From positions 305-64,304 of the forward strand of contig CAZZBB010000050.1 in NCBI GenBank assembly GCA_964652195.1: DNA of 64,000 nt, written 5' to 3'. Below are positions 11,030-20,400 of the stretch, piece by piece (the stretch's first letter is position 1; every line of letters begins with the position of its first letter). Source of the DNA: an uncultured bacterium. Lineage in GTDB: Bacteria; Poribacteria; WGA-4E; WGA-3G. The notes under the pieces were generated by a model. The model had not been told where the DNA came from, searched no databases, and saw nothing but the letters and a program-made list of their open reading frames with translations. Position numbers and translations under genes: made by a program.

Positions 11030-11253
11030 ATGGCAGGTTTCTTTTTACGGATGTACAGATGCGTTTACACCTGCACATCCGTGGATGCGATGCGGGTGAT
11101 TACAACACCTACACCGCATAGCACTGCCATAGCGACTATTAACCTGATATGACAGCGCTGGTTTTCTATTTTATCATAAAATGGATATTAAGGGAAAACC
11201 AGCACGCTTAACACCGAAGATTGCTGAGAATGTAAAATTAGCCTTTTACATTC
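11030..11253 (+). ncRNA. Candidate structured 5' leader RNA or ncRNA (family not recognised)
   Basis: ATGGCAG/CTGCCAT closes a junction holding two long hairpins, followed by two perfect 10-bp stems. It starts at the predicted TSS. Confidence 0.55.
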
Positions 11254-11288
11254 TGAATGCATTCTTCGAAAAAGAAAGGAAAACTAAA

Positions 11289-11783
11289 ATGAAACGTATT
11301 TTTGTTTTTACACTGATCGCGTTTTTCGCGATAGCTTGTCTATTTCTAATGGATCTTTCTGCGAATTGGAATTCCGATGGGGATTATGGTTTCGCAGACA
11401 TGCCTTTTCAGGACGTATACGGTTATAGCTACGTGACCGTTTGGTATGATGCCGAAACTTCAACCGCATATAGTTCCCATTATTTTTTCTTGAACAATGG
11501 CGACAATGTGCCTGTGTCATACTCTTACTATTTTGAAAATGAGGTGACAGGTCCGGAGAATCTCCCTCCTCAAGAAGAAAACGATAGTGGTGTAACAGTA
11601 CCTAATGAGGAGGATTCGGAGAGTGAACTCGACTCCTACGATATGGAGGGCAGAATACGCGGACTCTACACGATTTCCGGTGATTCTGACTTATTCATAG
11701 ATGCGGATTTCAATCACGATGGCATGCCCGATGCTTGGGACAGTTGGCATGCAGTAACATCAACTGAATTTAATGTCGATTAA
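11289..11783 (+). CDS. Secreted acidic hypothetical protein with Dx[DN]xDG-type Ca-binding motif
   Basis: RBS GAAAGGA before ATG 11289. Signal peptide MKRIFVFTLIAFFAIACLFL. Motif DFNHDGMPD. Confidence 0.75.
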   Translation: MKRIFVFTLIAFFAIACLFLMDLSANWNSDGDYGFADMPFQDVYGYSYVTVWYDAETSTAYSSHYFFLNNGDNVPVSYSYYFENEVTGPENLPPQEENDSGVTVPNEEDSESELDSYDMEGRIRGLYTISGDSDLFIDADFNHDGMPDAWDSWHAVTSTEFNVD

Positions 11784-11804
11784 CCATCTCTGTTGAGTAA
11801 CAAC

Positions 11805-11835
11805 ACAAGCGATGTAGGTTTCCTACATCGCTTGT
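11805..11835 (+). terminator. Perfect 14-bp intergenic hairpin (stabiliser or attenuator, no U-tract)
   Basis: ACAAGCGATGTAGG-TTT-CCTACATCGCTTGT. Confidence 0.55.
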
Positions 11836-11869
11836 CATATAGAAACATCTATTCAGGAGGTATCTACAG

Positions 11870-12940
11870 ATGAAACATCTAAAGCCAACTGTTTTCTCCT
11901 ATATCCCCTTTATTTTATTTGTTTGCTTTTTGCTCTTATTCTTAGGGATTGTGGTTCGCGTTGATGCGAAAATCGTTTTCTATGAAGATACTGGTATTTT
12001 TGTCATCACCGATGATGGTACCAATAGACTTCGACTCACACGTAACACGGCGTGGGAAGATTTACACCCTTGCTGGTCACCTGATGGAAGACACATTGTC
12101 TTTGATCGACGATTTGATAAGAGAAGACAACAAACTTCAGAGTTATTTATCATGAATGCCAACGGAAAGCATCTCCAACGACTTACGTACAATGACGTTA
12201 GTGATACACTTCCAGCTTGGTCACCGGATGGTACAAGAATTGCTTTTACGAGTGGACGAAGCGGAAGATATGAAGTGCATGTCATAGACCTTGCCACACT
12301 CGCTGAAACGCAGCTTACAGGTCTTTCAGGTGATAAAGGAGGGGCTGGTGCCCCTCACTGGTCTCCCGATGGCACACAGATCGTTTATGAGAAGTTTATA
12401 AAAAACCTTGTCAAACGTCGTCGCGGTTTTACCTCTGGATTTTCACATAAGAATATCTATGTAATGTCTGCCGATGGTGAGGATCAACGTCCCGTTTTGC
12501 CTGATCCGAAACCGGGTTCTGACACGGTCATTATGCGGTTCTTTCCGCGCTGGTCCGCTGATGGAAAACGGCTTGTCTTTATGGATTGCACGTGGAAGGG
12601 CAAGGACCAAAAGTGTAAGATCTCCGTGATGCGTATCGGTGGCAAGGTACATGTCCTCCAGGAAATTCATGACAAACTTGGCAATGATGCACTAACGGCA
12701 GGTATACGTTGGATAGAGAATGACACAACTCTACTTTTTTCCCTGATGAAGAGAGATAACCCCAACGCGAAATCTTATAACCTCTATCGCTATGAGTTTG
12801 AAACGAGAAGCATCATACAGATGACACACACGCTGATTGATGAGGCAATGCCAGATTGGATAGAGGGACCGTTGTCCGTTTCTCCGCATAGGAAGTTGCC
12901 ATCGTTGTGGGGAGAGAAAAAACAGACCTTTTCACAGTAG
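11870..12940 (+). CDS. Secreted TolB-like beta-propeller (PD40 repeats) with C-terminal WGxxK tail
   Basis: Repeated P.WSPDG..I.F motifs, signal peptide, RBS AGGAGG, C-terminal SVSPHRKLPSLWGEKK. Confidence 0.88.
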   Translation: MKHLKPTVFSYIPFILFVCFLLLFLGIVVRVDAKIVFYEDTGIFVITDDGTNRLRLTRNTAWEDLHPCWSPDGRHIVFDRRFDKRRQQTSELFIMNANGKHLQRLTYNDVSDTLPAWSPDGTRIAFTSGRSGRYEVHVIDLATLAETQLTGLSGDKGGAGAPHWSPDGTQIVYEKFIKNLVKRRRGFTSGFSHKNIYVMSADGEDQRPVLPDPKPGSDTVIMRFFPRWSADGKRLVFMDCTWKGKDQKCKISVMRIGGKVHVLQEIHDKLGNDALTAGIRWIENDTTLLFSLMKRDNPNAKSYNLYRYEFETRSIIQMTHTLIDEAMPDWIEGPLSVSPHRKLPSLWGEKKQTFSQ

Positions 12941-13109
12941 ATTTTATACAAAATCAACAGAAAATCCTGCAGACCATTAGTTCATTGGGTAATACCATTT
13001 CTAAGATATTTTATGACATATAAACATCATTCTCCCAACCCGATAGGTTCGTTTGGAACCGCCTGCTAATGGTATTGATGTAGGAAATAACACTATTTCA
13101 AGTATCTTC

Positions 13110-13181
13110 AGCACCAGCGGTGCGAAAGGTGTATAGAAACCTATCACACCAGCACAAGCACCAGCGGTGCGAAAGGTGTAT
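13110..13181 (+). repeat. REP-like doublet AGCACCAGCGGTGCGAAAGGTGTAT x2
   Basis: Identical 25-mers at 13110-34 and 13157-81 with internal hairpin GCACC-AGC-GGTGC. Recurs at 59327-59402. Confidence 0.85.
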
Positions 13182-13212
13182 CATAATACACCATAGGCAT
13201 CAATTCAGTGAT

Positions 13213-13288
13213 TACATGTCCTCGTAGGGAATCAACGCAGCATCCGCCTATGGCATGTTGCGGGGTTGATTCCCTACGAGGACATGTA
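13213..13288. repeat. Perfect 24-bp inverted repeat (REPIN-like long hairpin)
   Basis: TACATGTCCTCGTAGGGAATCAAC (13213-36) and GTTGATTCCCTACGAGGACATGTA (13265-88). Confidence 0.9.
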
Positions 13289-13708
13289 TTCGCTAAATTG
13301 ACACTTGTAGTGTGGTTCCAAACAGAACCTACCATGTATGGGAAAGGTGCTAAATTGACACCTAAGGTATCGTGGGTATATTACCATTTCTAATTGATTG
13401 TATGCCATTAAATCAGACTCTTCTCTGTAGGAGATTCCCGACCTTCATTACAACTGTTAATGGAAAACTATTATTACAAATGGTATTACAAAGCAGTAAC
13501 TCAGGATATAGTTGGAAAATAAATTGAAGAAATATAATTGATCATGCATCACATATATGAAAAAGAGTAGGTAGAATAGTAAACATACGTTACAATAACA
13601 TTTAGAAAATCAGTATAATACTCATACTAATATATTTCATAAGATTATACAAACATATATACAGTAGTACAAATAACAATAATTCAACACATACTAAATC
13701 GGCAATTA

Positions 13709-13750
13709 AGTATTAAGTTCTCCATTAAGAGTATTAAGTTATCCATTGAG
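13709..13750 (+). repeat. 21-bp tandem direct repeat in an AT-rich intergenic region
   Basis: AGTATTAAGTTCTCCATTAAG and AGTATTAAGTTATCCATTGAG (19/21 identical). Confidence 0.7.
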
Positions 13751-14139
13751 AGAACAATTTAAATATAGATTAAGCGAAATAAATAATGATTATCTACAAA
13801 AACGATCCTAAATACAAAATTTACTTTATGTCAAAAAATCTGCTTTATTATACAGGTAGGAATTGTCAAAATTCATAAAGACACAAAAGACACAAAATCA
13901 CACTTTTTGCAAATTCTTATAAAGTTAATTCAAAGTGGTGTAAAGTCAGTCTATAACAGAGGTTAGAGGGGTAATTTACACCAATTTCAATGTCACAGAA
14001 TGTGTCAAAAAGTGTAACTTTTTTCCCTTTTTCGCCACTGGGAAAAACACAACATTTATACGATTTATCATCAGGGAATTTAGGATTAAAGGTCTGTTTT
14101 TGCACCCTAACAAATTGACATCTCTTCAATATCGGGATG

Positions 14140-14168
14140 TTGTCAGTATTGTCATATCATGATATACT
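14140..14168 (+). promoter_or_regulatory. sigma70 promoter with extended -10
   Basis: TTGTCA, 17 bp spacer, (TGA)TATACT upstream of RBS AGGAGA. Confidence 0.65.
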
Positions 14169-14207
14169 TCTATACACTCTGATAATGATTATAGGAGAAT
14201 AATAGTA

Positions 14208-14984
14208 ATGATGAATATAAAGACATATATTATGATGTCATGTGTTTTAATATTTGTAGGTACAATTGTTTGCTATGGTGATGGGGGGTATGAATATATA
14301 CCTGATGGGAATACTCTGGGTTTATGGCATTTCAATGATGGAAAGGTTACAGATGAATCTGATAATGGAGTGAAGGCTGACATTGAAGGGAAAGGAGCAT
14401 GGGATAATAATCAGGATTGGAATAAGGAAAAAGTAGCAGGGAAATCCTTCAAATTTGATGGGAATACAGCAATTTCACTTGGTAAAGCGGATGAGTTGAT
14501 CCCAGATATTGCTATCACAGTAGAAGCATGGGTATATCCTGAAGATTTAACAGGTTGGCGACTTATATGTGCGAATTGGGACGGTCCACCCGGGGCATTT
14601 CATTTAGGTGTTTCAAACGGAGGAGCAAAATTTCACATAAATACCAGCAAAGGAACTTCTTCAGCGGAAGCAGGTGGCGCACTTGAGCTTGAAAAGTGGC
14701 AGCACATCGCTGGAACATTCGATTCAAAGAGTATTAAACTCTATATAGATGGAAAAGAGGCTGCATCTACAAATCACAGTGGAAAATTACAAAAAGGTGA
14801 TTACGATGTCGTAATAGGGAGTAAGAACACACGGCAATTTAAATGGAAAGGTTTGATTGATGAAGTTCGAATAAGTGATATTGCTCGTGATACCGATGTC
14901 CTCAGTCCAAACCTTAAGGGACCACAATCTGTTAAGTTTACAATATCAACTTTACCTATTGTATGGGGCAGCCTAAAGCAATGA
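14208..14984 (+). CDS. Secreted LamG/concanavalin A-like domain protein with WGxLK tail
   Basis: LWHFNDG, ITVEAWVYP, WQHIAGTFD, LYIDG, FKWKGLIDEVRIS. C-terminal TLPIVWGSLKQ. Confidence 0.9.
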   Translation: MMNIKTYIMMSCVLIFVGTIVCYGDGGYEYIPDGNTLGLWHFNDGKVTDESDNGVKADIEGKGAWDNNQDWNKEKVAGKSFKFDGNTAISLGKADELIPDIAITVEAWVYPEDLTGWRLICANWDGPPGAFHLGVSNGGAKFHINTSKGTSSAEAGGALELEKWQHIAGTFDSKSIKLYIDGKEAASTNHSGKLQKGDYDVVIGSKNTRQFKWKGLIDEVRISDIARDTDVLSPNLKGPQSVKFTISTLPIVWGSLKQ

Positions 14985-16696
14985 CCCAAGAATCTATAAC
15001 ACAAGAAATATCAATTACTAATGAGAATGTCCAATCAAAACTGATTCGTGCGATAGACGCATTATCATTGATGCAGAAATCAGAAGGGAATTTTGAAGGA
15101 AAACTCTCCTCCAGTACTTTTCCATCTTGTGCTTATGCATGGATTCAACTGATTAAAGGAAATATACCTGAAAAATCACTAATTAACTGGTTCATAGATA
15201 ATCAGAGTGAAGATGGTGCATGGGGATTAGACACTGCTAATCAGACAAATCCAAATTCTACATTGTTTGTAAGTCTAATTTTGGAAGAAGTGTTTAACCA
15301 ACAAATAGATCCCAATCTTGAAAAAACACTGTCCCATATCCCCGAGTACAAACATAATCTTGGATTAGTAAAATTGGCATATGCAACCTTTGGACGGTTT
15401 AATTGGCAGGATTTGACAATTCCAAAGAATGCTATCCCACTTATTAAGCTCGTTAAATTCCTATCTCAGTTCCCTATTCTAAAAAAAATCCTGAAACCTC
15501 CAAGACATAAACTTCCACCAATTGATTTATTCAATACCTCTCTATTTGAAGAGTTTTTTATTGCTGAACAACATACATTGGTTCCAGTTTTTATTCTGGT
15601 TGAATTAAATACCACGAATCGAACCGATGTTATTTTATCCCTTGTTACGTGGTTAAAATCAAGAGTATTAGGGGATGGTAGTTGGTTTCGTGTAAATTAT
15701 ATTACCGCGTTATCAGTGTTAGCTTTGATTGAAGTTGATAAGACAGACCATACTGATCCTGAGATACCACACTTTATCGAAAAAGGGATGAATTGGCTTA
15801 GATCAACTAAGAATCCTGATGGTGGTTATCGTGAAGCGATAAATCTGAATGTATGGGATACTGCCCTCAGTATCATTGCTTTATCTGAGATTGATGAATT
15901 ACTGTCTGATAAATCTGATTTAATTCATACTGCTGCACAATGGCTTGTAAATCATCAGAATGAGGATGGTGGATGGGCTTTTTCAGGCATGAAAGATAGT
16001 ACACTACCCAGTGATGCTGACGATACTGCCTTAGGAACATTGTCGTTAATTCGATCTAAGTTATACACGGATGAAGCGAGAAGTTCTATAGATTATGGGA
16101 TAAGGTGGCTACTTGATAATCAAGGTTCAGATGGCAGTTGGAATACATACCAACCTGGAGAAGGTGATGTTGGATGTGTAAGTATTACTGCTCATGCTAT
16201 TGAGGCGTTGTTAGAGTATGGGGACAGTCTTGAATCGATAAATCGTGGTATAAAGTGGTTGCAAGGGTCAATTCATCCTGATGGGTATTGGAATGATTTA
16301 TGGTTAGCAAAGAGGACCTATGGAACTGCATGTGCAATTACAGCATTGGTAAAGGCAGGATTTGACGATGCTTCTGAGATTTCGCAAGGTGTCCGCTGGT
16401 TGGAACAGAATCAGAATCCTGATGGTGGTTGGGGAGAAGATATGTTTGGAAACCCAACAAAAAGCACAGTTGAGCAAACTGCATGGTGTACTTATGCACT
16501 ATTATTAACTGATTATAAAAATCCTTCTGCACGAAAAGGGATACAGTATCTGATTGATAAACAAGATGAAAACGGAACATGGAAAGATAGTTGTGTTGGT
16601 ATTTATTGGGAAATAATTGGGGGATATAGTGATCCAATATATGCATCTGTTTTTCCTATTTTGGCACTAAATCAATATCTGAAATTGAGTGAATAA
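14981..16696 (+). CDS. Squalene-hopene cyclase-like class II terpene cyclase
   Basis: DADDTA catalytic motif, VWDTAL, eight QW-type repeats (e.g. QNEDGGW, QNPDGGWGE). ATGA overlap with the LamG stop codon. Confidence 0.82.
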   Translation: MTQESITQEISITNENVQSKLIRAIDALSLMQKSEGNFEGKLSSSTFPSCAYAWIQLIKGNIPEKSLINWFIDNQSEDGAWGLDTANQTNPNSTLFVSLILEEVFNQQIDPNLEKTLSHIPEYKHNLGLVKLAYATFGRFNWQDLTIPKNAIPLIKLVKFLSQFPILKKILKPPRHKLPPIDLFNTSLFEEFFIAEQHTLVPVFILVELNTTNRTDVILSLVTWLKSRVLGDGSWFRVNYITALSVLALIEVDKTDHTDPEIPHFIEKGMNWLRSTKNPDGGYREAINLNVWDTALSIIALSEIDELLSDKSDLIHTAAQWLVNHQNEDGGWAFSGMKDSTLPSDADDTALGTLSLIRSKLYTDEARSSIDYGIRWLLDNQGSDGSWNTYQPGEGDVGCVSITAHAIEALLEYGDSLESINRGIKWLQGSIHPDGYWNDLWLAKRTYGTACAITALVKAGFDDASEISQGVRWLEQNQNPDGGWGEDMFGNPTKSTVEQTAWCTYALLLTDYKNPSARKGIQYLIDKQDENGTWKDSCVGIYWEIIGGYSDPIYASVFPILALNQYLKLSE

Positions 16697-16729
16697 ATAT
16701 ATTTATACCAGTGATTATGACATCAAAAT

Positions 16730-17401
16730 ATGATTTCAGTAATTATACCTGTCCTTAATGAAGATAGGATTTTAGAAAAGACACTACGTAGACTACAACC
16801 TGAGTTGAGCGGACATGAACTAATAATTGTGGATGGTGGTAGTACAGACACAACGGTTGAAATTGCTAAAGAATATGGTACGGTTATCAGTTCTGATAGA
16901 GGACGCGCAAAACAATTAAATGCTGGAGCTAAAAAAGCAAATGGTGAAATACTTATTTTTTTACATGCCGATGTATGGTTAGAACAAGGCGCAATTTCTG
17001 AAGTAGAGAGAGCAATCACATCTGGATTTGTGGGAGGAGGTTTTCTGCAGAAAATAGATGGAAAAAACCTACTCTACCGAATTATAGAGAAGTCTGCAGA
17101 CCTCCGTGGAAAATATCTAAAAATATTTTATGGTGACAGTGGAATCTTTATTACACGACATGGTTTTCAGCAAATTGGTGGTTTTCCTGATGTTCCAATA
17201 ATGGAAGAGATTGAATTTTCAAAAGCAATGCACAAGCTTGGAAAAACACTGATGGTAAGTCCACAAATACATATATCCGCACGCAGGTGGGAAACAGGTG
17301 GAATTATTCGGACCACATTCATCAACTGGTTAATTACAGTGCTTTACATTTTTGGTTTTTCTACGGACAAACTTGCACAATTGTATAAGAATATTCGATA
17401 A
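16730..17401 (+). CDS. Family 2 glycosyltransferase (TIGR04283-like)
   Basis: ISVIIPVLNE, VDGGSTD, GRAKQLNAGA, FLHAD, YGD, SARRW. Confidence 0.88.
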   Translation: MISVIIPVLNEDRILEKTLRRLQPELSGHELIIVDGGSTDTTVEIAKEYGTVISSDRGRAKQLNAGAKKANGEILIFLHADVWLEQGAISEVERAITSGFVGGGFLQKIDGKNLLYRIIEKSADLRGKYLKIFYGDSGIFITRHGFQQIGGFPDVPIMEEIEFSKAMHKLGKTLMVSPQIHISARRWETGGIIRTTFINWLITVLYIFGFSTDKLAQLYKNIR

Positions 17402-17405
17402 AATA

Positions 17406-17435
17406 AACAGGGACAGATTGAATTCTGTCCCTGTT
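17406..17435. terminator. Hairpin terminator between convergent GT2 and gspD
   Basis: AACAGGGACAGA-TTGAAT-TCTGTCCCTGTT, with an A-rich flank (U-tract on the minus strand). Confidence 0.8.
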
Positions 17436-17493
17436 CAATTTAGATGTAGGTGTAAGATGTAATTCTGTTCCTATACTGGTTCCTATAGTTATT

Positions 17494-20400
17494 CTATTCT
17501 TTCAATGGCTCCTCTATTTTTTCAAAACCATTTCTACCGTTCTGTTGCCAATTATCTGATTTCTGTTTTAATTTCTCGATATCTAATGGATTCTGTATAT
17601 CCACGATATGCGGAGTGATGATGAAGACTATCTCTGTATCTTGGACTTCAGTTTCAGTACTCTTGAAAAGCCTACCAAGTAATGGGATATCTCCAAGAAT
17701 GGGAACTTTATTCTCGACTTCCTTCTGTTTTTTACGGATAATACCTCCAACAACAAGCTGTTGTCCGTCTTCTACATCTATATAAACGCTCAGAGTATTA
17801 TCATCTGTAATTGGGGCGTTAAATTCTGTAAACTCTATGAAATTACTGGCACTGATGTTAGTAATGTCTAAACCAATTGTCCTTTTACTATCTTCTCCTG
17901 CTTTTGATCTTGCAATATAGGGTGTTAGACTAATATTAATCCCAACGGGTGGATCAATAAAGTCATAATTGAAGAGTGGTTGTGTTGCCGTATCTCCCAA
18001 GATACTGTTTGTATCAACACTCTGTAAATATGGAATTCGTCTTCCACTACTCCAAGTCGCTGGTCTACTATCCCGTGTTAGTAGTGAGGGTGTAGATAGT
18101 GTTTTGACCTTATTCTCACGCATTAGTGTGTGTAGTAGTGCCATATACTCTTTCGTAGCTAAACTGTAATTAAAACCTGAGATTTCCTGGTCAAGACCGA
18201 GTTTTGATTCAGCATCTCCAATAAGAGGATTTCTTGAATTCAGTTCTATTCCCCCCAAATTCCTTTCATTTACTGTCGCCTCTATACCAAGTTTCGTTTT
18301 TTCATCAAGGGTAACCTCAAGAATTTTAATATCTATCCAAACTTGTCCTCGAACGAAATCAAGTTTCTTGATGAGTGCTTCAACTTGATTCATATATCGT
18401 CTTCTTGTGGTAACAATAAGAGAATTTGTGTCTGTTTCAGCAAAAACGGTAACCTTTCCGAATAAAGAATTAATATCTGTTGGTTCATCATTGAAGGTAT
18501 CTTGAATGAATCTACTGAAGCCGAATCCCCCTTCATCTTCTTGTTCCCGTCCCTGCCATACCTGTGATAGAATCTGTGCTATTGCGTCTGCGGTGGCATA
18601 TTCAAGACGAATTGTCTTTGTAATTTCTACTTGGTTTGGTGGTGTAGGAACGTCAATTTGTCCAATAAATTCCTCAATCAGGTCAAAGTTTCGTTTTGTT
18701 CCTGTTGATACAATCACAGCATTCAAATTACTGTAGGGTTGAGCAGTGACATTACCTGCGAGTGATCCTTGTGTTTGTGCGGATGTTGCAGTTGTTGACT
18801 GTCGACTACGAATCCACCACCAATCATCATATCGATTTCCACTGGTACTTTGGTTCCCTCCATAATGTGAATTGAGTAGTTCAGCGACATTGTTTGCATC
18901 AGCATACTTTAGGTTGAATATGCGGGTACCCCACTCTTGTTCTGGCATATTCACATCAAGTTTTGCTACTAATTCATCTATCATTGGAAAATTCTGTGTT
19001 GCAGTCGTAATAATAAGGGCATTGAGTCTTACATCGAAAACTATGTGTACCTCACCTTGTACACCAAAACCCCCACCAGATGAATCATCACCACTATCAC
19101 GATCCCACCAAGGACGATACCTGTCATATTCATCTCCGCCAGTATCTCCTTCAAACAGTTCTTGTAAATTAGTGGACATATCTTCAGCATTTGCATGCTT
19201 CAGGAAATACATTTTGATCTCTTCCGATGTCTTTTTCTGATCAAGTTCATTGATTAATTTTTCAATAATTGTAAAGTTACGTGGGTCGGAGGATACAACT
19301 ACTACATTTAATCGATCATTGCGAGATAAATTTACTAAACCTACAATACCTTGAAATAAATCACCTGTCCTTACTTCATCTCGCCGATATGTAAGCATTT
19401 CGAGGATATCTTCTCTGTCAAAAGACCTTCTACCGCCTTGTATATTATTTCCTGTGATAATTTCTTCCAGTGTAGTGACTACCTCTTCTGCAGAAGCAAA
19501 TTTTAAACGATATGTCCGAATTTCAGTCTGGAGTGAGGGCGCATTATCAAGATGGGTAATTATCTCTTTTACAATTACAAGGTTATCTTCAGATGCCTTA
19601 AGAATAAGGGTGTTTGAGTTAGTATCTGCATAGACCCTAATCATCCCTTCAATCAATTCAACACCTGAACCTTCTTCTATTGCTTCTTTAATCTGTTCAG
19701 GATCAATTCCAATCGCTCCTCTTATCGGTTTTGTATCTTCTCTGTTATCTTCAAAAACCCGATTGAGTGTCTGCGCGACTGCTTGAGCATCTGCAGAAGT
19801 AAGAGGAATTACAGCTATTTTCAATGGGAAACGTTCCCCAGCATCTGCAAATTGTAAGATTGAGACGATTCTGTGGACGCTCGATGATACATCGGTAATG
19901 ACAAGTGCATTTGTGACATTATCAGCAAATATATTAGCTTTGTTATTCAATAAAGGTTTAAGCGCGTTAACTTGCTCTGATGCGGATGCGTTTTGTAGTT
20001 GAATTATGTAGGTTTGTATTTCATCAGTTAGTTCAACTTGATCAGGATCAGGGGTAATTCTTTTAACCGGACCCGTCATGATAATTGCTTTGTCAAAAGT
20101 CGTTACAATAAGTGTGCTATTTCTTCTTACTAATGTTAGGTTATATTGGGCAAGTACGGTTTTGACTTCCTCAATGACTTCTTCAATAGTTACATCAAAA
20201 AGGTTGATTAATGAAAATCTTTTGTTACGAATATCATCTTCAGTTGCAATGATGGTAAGATCAGTTTCTCGTGATAACCATTCCAAGACGTTTTTTATGT
20301 CTTGACTGGTAAAGTTGAAGTTAACCTTTGTGGCTCTTCCAGTTTCTTCATCCCTTTCAACCACTTCCATCTGTCCGCGGTCTTGTGCCAACGAGTCTGT

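Larger units (their letters stand above)
12990..13488. mobile_element. MITE-like composite element B carrying REP-like repeats and a long palindrome
   Basis: TAATACCATTTCTAA (12990-13004) and TTACAAATGGTATTA (13474-88) match 14/15 as an inverted repeat. An extra internal terminus-like copy lies at ~13379. Confidence 0.6.

Noticed and set aside
11181-11288. N-terminal extension of the 200-aa ORF
   Set aside because: RBS and signal peptide support ATG 11289. The upstream part is structured leader.
13110-13181. Mini-CRISPR array interpretation of the 25-30-bp doublets (also 55073 and 59327)
   Set aside because: Only two units per locus, 21-26-bp linkers, no cas genes, and the units sit inside MITE-like ends. 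REP fits better.
13144-13393. Mirror-image short ORFs on both strands
   Set aside because: Artefact of the 24-bp palindrome. The 55059-55298 ORF likewise derives from REP repeats.
13489-14207. Replication origin
   Set aside because: No good DnaA boxes (best is 7/9) and no dnaA or rep gene nearby.
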